Source: an uncultured bacterium
GTDB lineage: Bacteria; Patescibacteriota; Minisyncoccia; UBA6257; 2-01-FULL-56-20
Reading direction: 5' to 3'
Length of the DNA stretch: 64,000 nt
Assembly (NCBI GenBank): GCA_963830935.1
Contig: CAWHOC010000005.1
Span: 38,023 to 102,022, forward strand
Under the pieces are notes generated by a model that was given only the letters and a program-made list of their open reading frames with translations, searched no databases and was not told the DNA's origin. A program made the position numbers and the translations under genes. Positions 9,861 through 20,964 of the stretch are shown here, piece after piece (position 1 is the stretch's first letter; each line of letters begins with the position of its first letter).

Positions 9861-12510
9861 AAGAAGTGAAGACCAGTTCGTTCGCTTTAAAGTTGACCTT
9901 AACTTTTCCACCATCTTTGAATTCGCCGCGGATGATCTTGTCCGCCAGCTTATCAAGGATAACCTTCTGCATCAATCGCTTCAAGGGGCGCGCGCCGTAT
10001 TCCGCGCTGAATCCTTCCTTGGCGAGGTGCGCGCGCGCCGCCGCCTCGACTTCCAGCTTGATCGCACGGTCCGCGAGGCGCTTCTCGATCAGCTTGATCT
10101 GGATGTCCACGATCTTGCCGATGTCCGCTTTATGGAGCGGATTGAAGATGACGACGTCGTCGATGCGGTTCAAAAACTCCGGACGGAAGCTGCCGCGCAA
10201 TGCCTCCATCACCTTTTCGCGGTAATCCCCTTCCTCAAGCGACGCCTGCTGGCTTTCCGCGCTGAACCCGATGCGCGACATGGCTTTGAGGTATTCGCTG
10301 CCAACGTTCGATGTCATGATGATGATCGAGTTCTTGAAGTTGACCACTTTGCCCTTGCTGTCGGTGAGGCGGCCGTTGTCCAACACCTGCAAAAGCAGGT
10401 TGAACACTTCGGGATGCGCTTTTTCTATCTCGTCAAAAAGGATCAAGCTGTACGGCCGGTGGCGAAGGATCTCGGTAAGCTGGCCGCCCTCCTCGTGGCC
10501 AACGTAGCCCGGCGGTGAGCCGATCAGCCGACTGACCGCGTGGCGCTCCATATACTCGGACATGTCCACGCGCACGAGCGCCTTTTCATCATTGAACATA
10601 AACTCCGCGAGCGTCCGGGCGAGCTCCGTCTTTCCAACCCCGGTGGGACCGAGGAACATGAATGAGCCGATCGGGCGGTTCTCGTCCGAAAGCCCCGCGC
10701 GGGAGCGGCGCAACGCGGAGGAAACCGAGGCGATCGCCTCATCCTGGCCGATCACGCGTTCGCGCAACACGTCCTCAATACGGATCAGCTTATCAGTATC
10801 CGTCTCGAGCATGCGCCGGAGGGGAATACCCGTCCAGACGGCCACGATGGCCGCCACGTCTTCCTTGTCCACGGATTCCTTGAGAAAACGCTCGCCGATT
10901 GCGCCTTTTGCCCGCTTGCCCGTCGACGGCCCGCCAAAATTCTTCTTTTCGAACATTTGAAAATCCTTCTCGGCGGCCGGCTGTTCGCCATACATGATCT
11001 GCGCCACGCGCTCGAGGTTGCCTTCACGCTCCGCGATCTCCGCCTCGCGCTTTAAGTTATCCACCTTTTGGCGAAGCTGGTGCAATGTCTCGAATTTGAT
11101 CTTCTCCGAATGCCACTTGCTCGAAAGCTCGTCGTTCTGCGTCTTCAGCTTCGCGAGCTCCTTCTCGATCGCCTTTAAACGATCGGTGGTGACCGACTTC
11201 TGCCCTTCCTGCGAAAGCGCCTGCTTCTCTATCTCCAGGCGCGTGATCTCGCGGCGCGCCTTGTCTATTTCCTTCGGCAAGCTCTCCGACTCCAACCGGC
11301 GCGCCGCGGCGGCCTCGTCGATGAGGTCAACTGCCTTGTCCGGCAAGAAACGGTCGGTGATGTAGCGCGCGGAAAGATTCACGGCCTCAACGATCGCCTC
11401 ATCGCTGATGCGCATGCCGTGGTGGATCTCATATTTTTCCTTGAGCCCGCGCAAAATGGAAATCGAGTCCTCAATGGACGGCTCCTCTACTATGATCGGC
11501 TGGAAGCGCCGCTCGAGCGCCGGGTCCTTCTCTATATACTTCTGATATTCGCGGATCGTGGTCGCGCCGATCGCGTGGAGCTCGCCGCGCGCGAGCGCGG
11601 GCTTGAGCAAATTGGACGCGTCGATCGCGCCTTCCGCGGCGCCGGCGCCGACGATCGTGTGGATCTCATCTATAAATAGGATGATGTTGCCGGAAGCATT
11701 CTTCACTTCCTTCATAAATGCCTTCAAGCGGTCCTCAAACTCGCCGCGGAACTTGGTTCCGGCGATGAGCGAGCCGAGATCTAACATTAATACTTGCTTG
11801 CCCTTAAGAAGCTCCGGCACGTCGCCCGAGGCGATGCGCTGGGCCAATCCTTCAACAATGGCGGTCTTTCCCACGCCCGGTTCGCCGATAAGGCACGGAT
11901 TGTTCTTGGTGCGGCGCGAGAGCACCTGCATAAGCCGGCGCAATTCTTCCTCGCGGCCGATGACCGGATCAAGCTCCCCCGCTTTGGCCTTATCGCTTAG
12001 ATTGATCGCGTATTTTTCCAACACCTGGAATTTGCTCTCCGGCGTCTCGTCCGTCACGCGCACGGAGCCGCGCAATTGCGCGAGCACGCGGAACGCGCTC
12101 TCGCGCCGCACGCCGAACTTCTCAAGCAACGACTTTGCCGTACCGGCGACATCAAGCAGAGCAAGCAAAAGATGCTCGCACGAGACGAACTCATCCTTCT
12201 GTTGCGCGGCCACCTTCGCCGCCTGGTCGAGTACTTTCATGAGCTCCTGAGAAAGATAGAGCTGCCCGAGCGCGCTGTTGCTCACGATAGGCGGAATGCG
12301 ATCAAGCTCTACCTCGATCTGTTCGTCCAATTGCTCAAGATTGACGCCGCAACGCTCCAACACCGGAATGACGAGCGACTGCTCGTCCTCAAGCAGGGCC
12401 GCGAGCAGATGCACCGACTTCAATTCTCCGTGATTCTTTTTTGCCGCGATCTCCTGCGCGTTCTGCAATGCTTCCTGGGCTTTTATAGTAAAACGATGAA
12501 AGTTTGGCAT
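9859..12510 (-). CDS. clpB: chaperone ClpB (Hsp100, two AAA+ domains with a middle coiled-coil)
   Basis: 883 aa. Clp_N, D1 Walker A GEPGVGKT, a long M-domain ([36 protein letters not shown]...), D2 GPTGVGKT, and the C-terminal Clp D2-small domain. Confidence 0.95.
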   Translation of the reverse strand: MPNFHRFTIKAQEALQNAQEIAAKKNHGELKSVHLLAALLEDEQSLVIPVLERCGVNLEQLDEQIEVELDRIPPIVSNSALGQLYLSQELMKVLDQAAKVAAQQKDEFVSCEHLLLALLDVAGTAKSLLEKFGVRRESAFRVLAQLRGSVRVTDETPESKFQVLEKYAINLSDKAKAGELDPVIGREEELRRLMQVLSRRTKNNPCLIGEPGVGKTAIVEGLAQRIASGDVPELLKGKQVLMLDLGSLIAGTKFRGEFEDRLKAFMKEVKNASGNIILFIDEIHTIVGAGAAEGAIDASNLLKPALARGELHAIGATTIREYQKYIEKDPALERRFQPIIVEEPSIEDSISILRGLKEKYEIHHGMRISDEAIVEAVNLSARYITDRFLPDKAVDLIDEAAAARRLESESLPKEIDKARREITRLEIEKQALSQEGQKSVTTDRLKAIEKELAKLKTQNDELSSKWHSEKIKFETLHQLRQKVDNLKREAEIAEREGNLERVAQIMYGEQPAAEKDFQMFEKKNFGGPSTGKRAKGAIGERFLKESVDKEDVAAIVAVWTGIPLRRMLETDTDKLIRIEDVLRERVIGQDEAIASVSSALRRSRAGLSDENRPIGSFMFLGPTGVGKTELARTLAEFMFNDEKALVRVDMSEYMERHAVSRLIGSPPGYVGHEEGGQLTEILRHRPYSLILFDEIEKAHPEVFNLLLQVLDNGRLTDSKGKVVNFKNSIIIMTSNVGSEYLKAMSRIGFSAESQQASLEEGDYREKVMEALRGSFRPEFLNRIDDVVIFNPLHKADIGKIVDIQIKLIEKRLADRAIKLEVEAAARAHLAKEGFSAEYGARPLKRLMQKVILDKLADKIIRGEFKDGGKVKVNFKANELVFTS

Positions 12511-12680
12511 TTCTGGATTTAATTTTATTTCTGATAATACGCCGCAGGAGGTTAAAAAGTTCTTAACTAAATTATACCTTTAATACCGTACCTTGCGCCG
12601 ATATCTATCAATTATAGCCGGAAAACGGTCATTGTCAATCTCAAGGGGAGATTGCTAATGATAGTGCCTCCGGCAAGATG

Positions 12681-13418
12681 TCACTCGCTGGCAAGCTTGT
12701 TCCACAGGGAATCGAAGATCAACTTCTGCGTCTCGGCAAGCCCCGCGTCCTCAATGACCACGCTGTGCGGCCGTCCCTGACTGAGCGAGATGATAGCCAT
12801 CTTCTTGGCGTAAATGATGATGTACGCGGGTGCGCCGCGTTTGGTGGTGATCCAGCGGCGTTCATCCAACCCGCGCACATCGCCGCCCGCGCCGATCGCG
12901 ATCACCTTCGCTTTGACCTTCGCCTTGATGCGCCGCTCCGAAAAACTGCTGAAGTTATAGTAGAGGTACTCGCGGATATTCGCTGCGGAGTATACGCGAT
13001 ACACTTTGTCCGCCTCGCTCGTCATTGTTTTTAAAACGTCTTCCAGTACGAGGCGCGTGCCGGTATGCCCGTCGTGAATCTTGATGACGGGGTCCTCGCG
13101 CTTCGTCGCGTAAAACGCCTCGAGCGCGGGAAGCGATTTCGTCAGCTCTTTCCGCATGCCGACCAACTTCTGCCGTTCTTCTTTAAAAAACGATTTCAAG
13201 ATGGACGGATCCTCCGGCACAAACTGCTGCCTTTGTTTTTTCTGCGAGTGGCTCACGAGGCCGCGATCCGATAGCTCTTTTAGTGCCTCATACACCGTGC
13301 CGCGATTGATCCCCGTGTCCCCCGCAATCTGGCGGATGGAGCCGGAGCCATTCTTCAACAGATGGAGGTAGACCTTTTCTTCGTTGTCCGAAAACCCGAG
13401 TTGTTCGAATATTTTCAT
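12681..13418 (-). CDS. TrmB-family transcriptional regulator
   Basis: MKIFEQLGFSDNEEKVYLHLLKNGSGSIRQIAGDTGINRGTVYEALKELSDRGLV is an N-terminal TrmB-type HTH. Start taken at the internal ATG, about 13418. Confidence 0.6.
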   Translation of the reverse strand: MKIFEQLGFSDNEEKVYLHLLKNGSGSIRQIAGDTGINRGTVYEALKELSDRGLVSHSQKKQRQQFVPEDPSILKSFFKEERQKLVGMRKELTKSLPALEAFYATKREDPVIKIHDGHTGTRLVLEDVLKTMTSEADKVYRVYSAANIREYLYYNFSSFSERRIKAKVKAKVIAIGAGGDVRGLDERRWITTKRGAPAYIIIYAKKMAIISLSQGRPHSVVIEDAGLAETQKLIFDSLWNKLASE

Positions 13419-13551
13419 GTGCTTGATATTTTTATTGTGCGACCGTACTTTCCAGATTACTCCAGCACCATGGACTGTCAAATGTTTTATTGACAATAAA
13501 ATTGACAACGCGGGCGGTTCAAAAAAAGAGGCCCGCGATATTCAGCGAGCC

Positions 13552-13866
13552 TTATCTATCCGGAAACGCGAGAACTGTTGATCGTGCTTTTTTGAGCTCG
13601 ATCTGAGTAAGAGGCCTTATCGCCCTCAACTCCACATACAACGACTCCCATGGATGCGCAGCCGACAGCGTGCCGTCCGCAAGGATCACATATCCTCCAT
13701 CAATGAGAGCCTGATTGATTTTGGCTTTGGCTTCGTCGTCATTCGCGGCCTGGAGTTCCAGGCAAACATTGAGGGTGGCGCCGTGATCATCTTGACCGAA
13801 CTTGCAACGAGCCGTTCCGACAATCTGGTACAGCATAGCGTATTCCTTTCCGAGTGCTCGTTCCAT
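13552..13866 (-). CDS. hypothetical protein
   Basis: 104-aa track ORF, acidic, no motif recognised. Confidence 0.3.
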   Translation of the reverse strand: MERALGKEYAMLYQIVGTARCKFGQDDHGATLNVCLELQAANDDEAKAKINQALIDGGYVILADGTLSAAHPWESLYVELRAIRPLTQIELKKARSTVLAFPDR

Positions 13867-13923
13867 TATCAGGCGGCTGGTCCGTGTACCAAGGGTCTCA
13901 TTGTCAAATAAAATGACAATATT

Positions 13924-15167
13924 CTATTTGGATCCCAGTACCCTTTCTACGATTTTCGCCGCGGCGGCGACGCCTCCCTTCGTCGTTCCCTTTCCCAAAC
14001 TGAAGCGAATGCTTGATCCGGCACGTTCTTTTGAATATCCCAGTGCCTCGATCACATACGACGACTCGACGGCGCGGGAGCGGCACGCGGAACCGGAAGA
14101 TGCGGCGAGGCCGGCGCGATCGAAGCGCGTGAGCAGATCCTGCGCGGCGAGGCCGGGAAAATAAATGTTCAAAATATGCGGCGCCTTCGCGTCCCCCGCC
14201 GGGCCATTGATCTCCGCCGCGGGTGCGGCGAGTTTTATGCGGCGCCACAGTTCGTCGCGCAACGCAGCGACACGCGTGGATGTTGTGCCGCGAGCGGCGG
14301 CGGCGAGCTCCGCCGCTTTTGCGAATCCCACGATGCCCGGCACGTTCTCCGTGCCCGAGCGCACGCCGAACTCCTGCCCGCCGCCGCTCACCTGCGCGAC
14401 TCAACGGAAATCCACCACTCTCGGAAAATATTTTTCTCATCGCGGCGAACATATAACGCACCGACTCCTTTCGGCCCGTACATTTTGTGCGCGGAGAGCG
14501 TCATCATATCCACGCCGAGCAATGCGACGTCACAATATAAATAAGGAAATGACTGCGCGGCATCGGTGTGAAGAAGTGGATACGGATCGGGATGTTCCGC
14601 GTTCGCGCCCGGCGCGTTCTTGCGGAATTCGTCGATCATAAATTTGATCTCGCGCAGCGGCTGGATCGTGCCCGTCTCGTTATTCACGTGCATGACGGAT
14701 ACGATGACGGTGTCCGCGTTCAGCGCATCCTTCAGCGCCACGATATCGATAACGCCTTCTTTATTGACCGGCAGCCGCACGACCTCTACGCCATCCTGTT
14801 CCAAAACTTGTGCGGTCTCGAAGATGGATTCGTGCTCAATGGCGGAGATGATGATACGCGATCGTGCGCCCGTAGCGACGCCTTCGCCCGCCGGGTGGTT
14901 TTTTTTGTAGAACTCCACCGCGCCGCGGAGCGCGAGGTTGTTCGCCTCCGTCGCCCCGCTCGTGAAAACGATCTCGCGGAAATGTTTCGCGCCGATCAGC
15001 TTGCCCACGCTTTCGCGCGCGGCGTCCACCGCCGCGATCGCCTTTTGTCCGAACGAATGGAGCGAACCGGGATTCCCGAACTCGCGCGAAAAATACGGAC
15101 GCATTGCGCGAAGGACGCGCGGGTCGACGGGAGTCGACGCCGCATGATCAAAATAAAGTCGGCGCAT
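13924..15167 (-). CDS. cysteine desulfurase (IscS/NifS family), frameshifted near 14390-14410
   Basis: The 14388..15167 ORF has the class-V aminotransferase N-terminus ([33 protein letters not shown]). The 13924..14391 ORF continues [26 protein letters not shown]...SSGSACRS in another frame. Confidence 0.8.
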
Positions 15168-15182
15168 AAGGATATTCTAACA

Positions 15183-15764
15183 CTAAAGCAGCGCCGGCGT
15201 TATCGCCAAGTTCGCGAATTCCACTTTCTCCACCTCGCCTGTCTTCTTGCTCGGCACCATCAAAAAATTCTGCTTGCGATAGAGGTCGTACAATTCCTTC
15301 GTTAACTTTACATCGTTCAGACAATATTCTTTAAGCTCTTCGATCTTTCCATCTCGATAGAGAGCTCCCGCCTCCGAACTAGGATGGGTCTTGTTCTGGC
15401 CGAGGTTCGCGCCCGCGAGGCGGTCCAAACTGATGCGCGAGCCCGTTGCCATCTCGATCTCCTCCAAAAGGTCCACACGCTCCATCTCCCACAGGCGCGG
15501 CGCGTTCTTCAAGCGCTGGAAATAATTGTTCAGCACGGGAATATCGTAACGGTTCATGCTAAATCCCACGATCCGGCGCGCGTCGGCGAATAAAGCCGCG
15601 AGCTTATCCATCTCATTCTCCTCATAGCAATAGTACCGGTCCTCTATATATGAATAAACGCCGACGACGGAGATCTTGAGCGCCGCATAGTTATCCCAGC
15701 CGACGTCCGGATCGGTGAAAAAGTTCTGTGTTTCGATGTCGAATACAAGGGTGTCGAGTTTCAT
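15183..15764 (-). CDS. RNase H-like 3'-5' exonuclease-fold protein
   Basis: MKLDTLVFDIETQNFF...GFSMNRYDIPVL...YCLNDVKLTKELY shows DEDD-exonuclease-like acidic motifs. Start taken at the internal ATG, about 15764. Confidence 0.5.
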   Translation of the reverse strand: MKLDTLVFDIETQNFFTDPDVGWDNYAALKISVVGVYSYIEDRYYCYEENEMDKLAALFADARRIVGFSMNRYDIPVLNNYFQRLKNAPRLWEMERVDLLEEIEMATGSRISLDRLAGANLGQNKTHPSSEAGALYRDGKIEELKEYCLNDVKLTKELYDLYRKQNFLMVPSKKTGEVEKVEFANLAITPALL

Positions 15765-15811
15765 GGTTTGTAGTTCACTATTGCTTATTATGCGGGAGCC
15801 CATACCTAACT

Positions 15812-15848
15812 TACATTTTAAAATCCCAAATTGGGATTTCAAAATGTA
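15812..15848. repeat. palindromic repeat element, copy 1 (GAAATCCCAA-N-TTGGGATTTC core)
   Basis: tacattttaaaatcccaaattgggatttcaaaatgta. A near-identical copy in inverted orientation lies at about 51489-51518. Both are intergenic. Confidence 0.5.
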
Positions 15849-15850
15849 AA

Positions 15851-16330
15851 TCAGACGTGCCGATCTGCGACATTCGTTGCAGCGTAACTGTCCGGCTTGA
15901 TCTTCACTTCAAAATTATTGGCGCGAATCATGCCGACGATCTCGTTGATGACCGCCTTTGTGGGACCGTTCATACCGATGTCCGCGTGGATCTCGAACTC
16001 GAAATCCGGAAGCGGGAACTTTTTGAGCTCGGCGAGGAGGCCCTGCGCGACCTCGAGCGAGATCACCGCCTCGCGGATCATCCGGTCGCGAAGCGTGTGA
16101 AACTTCCCAAGCTCGAAGCGACGGTAGAAATAGCGGCCGCCGTTGCCGATGCGGTGCACGACGACCGCGTTCACGAAGTCGGCGTTCTTATTTGAGAGGA
16201 GCTGGGAGTCGGTGCCGATCGTCACGCGATATTTGCGCAAAAGATCCGTTCCCATGAACGCGATGATCTCAGCCACCACTTCCGGCACCGTAAGGCGCAT
16301 TCCGAGCGAACTGATAAAGGTATCTGGCAT
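15851..16330 (-). CDS. DUF458/YkuK-like RNase H-fold protein
   Basis: ...RVTIGTDSQ...ADFVNAVVVHRIGNGGRYFYRR...TLRDRMIREAVISLEVA... matches the YkuK family pattern. Confidence 0.5.
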   Translation of the reverse strand: MPDTFISSLGMRLTVPEVVAEIIAFMGTDLLRKYRVTIGTDSQLLSNKNADFVNAVVVHRIGNGGRYFYRRFELGKFHTLRDRMIREAVISLEVAQGLLAELKKFPLPDFEFEIHADIGMNGPTKAVINEIVGMIRANNFEVKIKPDSYAATNVADRHV

Positions 16331-17143
16331 TACCCAGAGAATATACGCTTTTGATCAGCTCTGTCAATTATTTTTTTAATAATTCTGATCGTCTCCTTCG
16401 GGCCGCTCGTTGCAATCGTCTGCACGCCGCTCTTTTTTGCCGCCGCATCATTGCCGCCTTTATACAGCGCGTCGCCGATGAACACCATGTCTTTTATCGG
16501 GACGTGTAAATATTTTTCGATCTGGCGCACGCCATATCCTTTATCGATCCCTGGCTTTGTGATATCAATTGTCGTGAATCCTGCGGCATGCACCTCAAGG
16601 TCCGGGAGTCGCTTCTGCAAGAGACGTGTAATCTTCATTTTAAGCGGCTTGTTTTTTTTGATCCATTCTTCTTTCAAGTGAACTCCTTTCTTCCCAAGCT
16701 GTGCAACAACATCCTGCCCAAGAAATGAATACGACATTTGGGATTTCCGATCTTCCAGGGTCTTACCATAGATCTTTTTGGGAGGAACATAATGGATCTC
16801 ATGGAACACATCCGTAACGGCTTGCCTGATCGTTCTCTTTTGGGCTGTGGACAAAAAATGGGCATACACGTTCGTCCACTTTCCGCCCTTGTAGCGGTAG
16901 AATGCAGTGGAGGTGGTGGGGAAAAGAAAAAGATTCGCAAGTAACGGCCTTGGGCACGTAAGATTCTTTACGAGCTGATTGGTAAACACTTCGTATAGAG
17001 CCGCCACCAATCACTGCAACTTTTTTCTGCTTCAACAACGCCGTCAGTGCCCGGTCCATGCTGGGCGTGAGCGGTGATTTGCTCGGCGCGAGCGTGCCGT
17101 CGAGATCAAAGACGATGAGGGATTTCTGGGAGAGTTTTGACAT
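16330..17143 (-). CDS. HAD-IIB family hydrolase (Cof/phosphomannomutase-like), frameshifted
   Basis: The N-terminal piece (16799..17182 ORF) has IVFDLDGTLAPSKSPLTPSMDRALTALLKQKKVAVIGGGS. The C-terminal piece (16330..17010, a different frame) has ...GFTTIDITKPGIDKGYGV...VFIGDALYKGGNDAA. Confidence 0.6.
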
Positions 17144-17181
17144 TCCTCTATTATAACGTATCGGGCGGGGAATCATTACCA

Positions 17182-19435
17182 ATGCATAAATCCCAAAGTG
17201 ATGTTAAAATAAATCACGTAATGGCGAAGAAAAAGAAGAAAGGGAACAAAGGGAAGAGTGGCGGGTCGAACTCCGGGAACGAGAACGTGGGAGTTGGACG
17301 AAACGGCGGCGCCTCTTCCAAGAACGCGCGCGAGCCGCGCCTCCATCCCGAGACCAAGAACAGCATCTGGGCGATCGCCTTCATCTGCGTGGCGATCATC
17401 CTCGTCCTCGCGCGGTTCGCCGAGGCAGGCCCGGCCGGAGCGCTTATCTATCAAGGCCTCGACGCTCTCGTTGGTTGGGGCTATTTGATATTGCCCGCCA
17501 CGCTCCTCTTTGCCTCGGCAGTCTTCCTTCTTTCACGCCAGAAGCGCATCCTCGCGACCACGCTGATCGGCTCCACGCTCCTTATTCTTTCCGTGCTCGG
17601 CCTCATTGAACTGCTTTCCCCCACCCATGGCGGCTGGCTCGGCCTGGTCTTCGGATCGCTCCGCATGCCGTTCGGCAACATCGCGGCGACCACGATCGAT
17701 ATCTTTATCCTTATTATCTCGGTGCTCGTAACGGCGAACGTGCCGATCAAAGTTGAATGGCCCTGGAATGATGAGACCGACGCCGACGAAGATGAGGCGG
17801 CCAGAGAAAACACGACACCACTTCTCGTGACGGGCTCGGATGGCGAAAAAACCACCACGGAAAAGGTGGCGGGTGAAAAAGACGAAAAGAAAAAAGAATC
17901 CACGGGCGACGAACCTGCCGTCGTGCACGCAAAAAACGGCGAGGAGCTTGCTAAAACAAAAAAGCCAGCAAAGGCGCCTGTGTTCGCAAATTATGTTCCG
18001 CCGCCGCTCTCGCTCCTTAAGTCCGACACAGTCAAAGCCCACCACCGGCGACCTGCTCGCGCACGCGAACATCATCAAGCGCACGCTCGACAGTTTCGGC
18101 ATCCCCGTCGAGATGGGAGAGATCAACGTCGGCCCGGCGGTGACGCGCTACACGCTGAAGCCCGCGGAGGGCGTCAAGCTCTCGCGCATCGTGGCGCTGA
18201 ATGCCGACCTTGCCCTCTCGCTCGCGGCGCACCCGATCCGCATCGAGGCGCCGATCCCGGGCAAATCGCTCGTCGGCATCGAGGTCCCGAACAAGTCCGC
18301 CGCGCTTGTGCGCCTTGGTTCGCTCATGAACTATCCGGAATTCAATCAGTCGGGATTGCTCGGCTTCGTGCTCGGCCGTGACGTTTCCGGCGAACCGATC
18401 TTCGCGAACATCGAAAAGATGCCGCACCTGCTCGTCGCCGGCGCCACCGGTTCCGGAAAATCCATTTTGGTCCACTCGCTCATCACATCGCTCCTCTATA
18501 AGAACTCGCCCGCGACGCTGCGCCTCGTGCTCATCGATCCGAAGCGGGTGGAACTTTCCATGTACGATGGCATCCCCCATTTGATAGCACCCGTCATCAC
18601 GGAGAACAAGAAGGCGCTCGGCGTGCTCAAGTGGGCGATCCAGGAAATGGACCGCCGCTACGAGATCCTTCAGCATTCCGGCAGCCGCGATCTTAAGAGC
18701 TTCAACGCAAAAAATAAACCGGAGGACCAGCTCCCCTTCATTCTGATCGGCATTGACGAGATGGCAGACCTGATGAGCTCGTTCGGCCGCGAGGTGGAGG
18801 GCGCGGTCGTGCGGCTTGCGCAGATGTCACGCGCAACCGGCATCCATCTACTACTCGCCACCCAGCGCCCGTCGGTGGAAGTGATCACGGGCCTCATCAA
18901 AGCGAACATCCCCGCACGCATCGCGCTCCAGGTGGCGTCGCAGGTGGACTCGCGTACGATCCTTGATGGCGCCGGCGCGGAAAAACTGCTCGGCCACGGC
19001 GACATGCTCTTCCTCTCCGCGGAACTTTCCAAACCAAAGCGCATCCAGGGTTCGTACATCACGGAAGAAGAGCTGAGGAGCGTCGTTGATTTCATAAAAG
19101 AGCATAACAAAGTGGAGGCACCCGAGCCGTCCTCCGATGGCGAGGAAAACATCGATAAGGCCGGCCCGATCATGCCGGCGGGATTCGATCACTTCATCAA
19201 CGCGAGCGGCGAGAGCGACGATGGAGATGGCGATGACATGTTCGACGAAGCGGTCGCCGTCGTTGCCGAAGCCAAGAAAGCATCCGCGTCATTGCTTCAG
19301 CGCCGCCTCAAAGTGGGCTACGCCCGCGCCGCGCGCCTGCTCGACCTCATGGAAGCCGCCGATCTCATCGGCCCCGGCGACGGCGCCAAGCCCCGCGACG
19401 TGAACGTGGAGAAGATAGAGCAGCGGCTGTCTTAA
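17182..19435 (+). CDS. ftsK: DNA translocase FtsK/SpoIIIE, frameshifted near 18030
   Basis: The 17137..18381 ORF carries the N-terminal transmembrane helices and a linker. The 17840..19435 ORF has the motor domain (GATGSGKS, IDEMADLM, LLATQRPSV) and the C-terminal gamma wHTH (LLQRRLKVGYARAARLLDLME). Confidence 0.85.
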
Positions 19436-19777
19436 TTAGCTATTGACATATATAGCTTTTATATAGTATAATGCAGTCTGCGAGGTAAATTATGGCACTC
19501 GAATTCAGGTGTCTCCAGGAACTTGCAGTGGCCCATCCTGAACTTGAAAGCGAACTGCTTGGGCTTCAGGAAGATGCAAAAGCAACTATCGGCGGAGACG
19601 TTGAAGGATTCGTTGAGTCCGCCCTAGGGCTTTTAATTTCCCCTGAATATACGCCGTTTGCCGAACCAGAACTTACGTTTGCACGTCCCGCAAAAAAGGC
19701 GGAGCTAGGGTGGCCAAGAATTATGACTCGGAACGATTGACGGCCGCACCACCATGACCCATTCATTGGGCAACAGG

Positions 19778-19818
19778 AAAGAACCTGTCTGCTTTAGTGG
19801 ATGGGTTCTTTTATTTTT
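19778..19818 (+). terminator. rho-independent terminator-like hairpin
   Basis: aaagaacc-tgtctgctttagtggat-ggttcttt followed by tatttttg. Confidence 0.45.
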
Positions 19819-19965
19819 GCTATCTATAGATCGCCATATGTGTCATTCGAAGTCCGGCCCGCCATGCCTGCGAAAAATTTTACCTAAATTTAATCGCCTC
19901 TATGCTAGTGTCCTCGCGTGGTGGGAGAGGCACGGTTGCGGAACTCTTCTCGCCAGTCGAGTTCA

Positions 19966-19993
19966 AGGGGTTCGACTCCCCTCTCTTCCACCA
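19966..19993 (+). other. tRNA-like 3' terminus (T-arm + acceptor 3' strand + CCA) without a recognisable tRNA body
   Basis: agggg-TTCGACT-cccct, then ctcttcc-a-CCA. The upstream 45 nt do not fold into an anticodon arm or D-arm. Confidence 0.3.
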
Positions 19994-20162
19994 CGGCGAG
20001 GAGTTATTAAAAAATTATTAAATATAATTTGACGGGATATTATTTCCTAGTAAAATAGAATTACCGACTGGCGAGGAGGAATCCGCAACGTGTTGAACAA
20101 GCGCAATAGGCCCAGCAATGGGTCTTTTGTGTTTTTTTGCCCGACGCCGTATCATCAGGGTA

Positions 20163-20915
20163 ATGCCTCCCAACGACCTTCCCTTCGAACAATTCTTCGC
20201 GGAAAAGATAAAAGAGCGCGGCGTGTCGCTCAAGAAACTGTCCGAAATAACGGGCATCGCGCCGGCGCATATCGAGAATCTTTTGCGCGGCGATTATGAG
20301 AACATGCCGTCGGCGCCGTACTTCCACGGATACATGCTCCACCTCGGCGCGGTGCTCGACTTCGACGGCGAAGAGTGGTGGGCGCGCCTCAGAAAAGAAG
20401 GTGTCGTAAAGAACTCCGGCGAGCTCGACACGATGCCGCGCAACCGGTTCATCAAACAATCCCCGCCGAAATATTTGTGGTGGATCGGCGCGGGCGTGCT
20501 CGTGCTCATCTATCTCGCGTTCCAGGCGCCGCACATTTTCGGAAAGCCGACGCTCACCGTGATCTCGCCCGACGCGAATCCGTACGTGACGACATCGAGC
20601 ACGTTCACGCTCGCCGGCACCGTGGCGGGCGCTGACTCGCTCTACCTTGTGGGCGCGAACGGCGGCCAGGAACAGATCATCATCGCCGCCGACGGCTCAT
20701 GGCAAAAGGGGGTATTGCTCGGCATCGGCCCAAATCCCTTCGAAATATTGGCGAAGAAGTTCCTGGGCGGCCAAACGACCGTCACAGAACAAATATTCTA
20801 CCAGCCCGCGGGCGGCACGGTGCCGACGTCGACGGCCAGCTCAACAACAACCGGCTCCGCCCCGAACGGCGGCACGCCAAGTACCTCCACCGCCTCCGGA
20901 ACCCCCGCTTTTTAA
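20163..20915 (+). CDS. RodZ-like protein (XRE-type HTH + single TM + C-terminal domain with a T/S-rich tail)
   Basis: LKKLSEITGIAPAHIENLLRGD (HTH), a TM segment YLWWIGAGVLVLIYLAF, and a C-terminal domain with a T/S-rich tail. Confidence 0.5.
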   Translation: MPPNDLPFEQFFAEKIKERGVSLKKLSEITGIAPAHIENLLRGDYENMPSAPYFHGYMLHLGAVLDFDGEEWWARLRKEGVVKNSGELDTMPRNRFIKQSPPKYLWWIGAGVLVLIYLAFQAPHIFGKPTLTVISPDANPYVTTSSTFTLAGTVAGADSLYLVGANGGQEQIIIAADGSWQKGVLLGIGPNPFEILAKKFLGGQTTVTEQIFYQPAGGTVPTSTASSTTTGSAPNGGTPSTSTASGTPAF

Positions 20916-20964
20916 CCAATTTTTAACCTTTTCTTAATATAAATTTAACCGTGGCTCTGATATA

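Noticed and set aside
19492-19740. 82-aa ORF in the ftsK-rodZ intergenic gap
   Set aside because: It is acidic and low-complexity with no motif, sits in a region with structured-RNA features, and lacks a convincing RBS. It is more likely non-coding, so it is kept only as context for the tRNA-like element.
19923-19993. Possible intact tRNA ending in encoded CCA
   Set aside because: The T-arm and acceptor 3' strand are canonical, and GGGAGAG upstream could pair as the acceptor 5' strand. However the intervening 34 nt cannot form D and anticodon arms, so it is not called as a tRNA gene.
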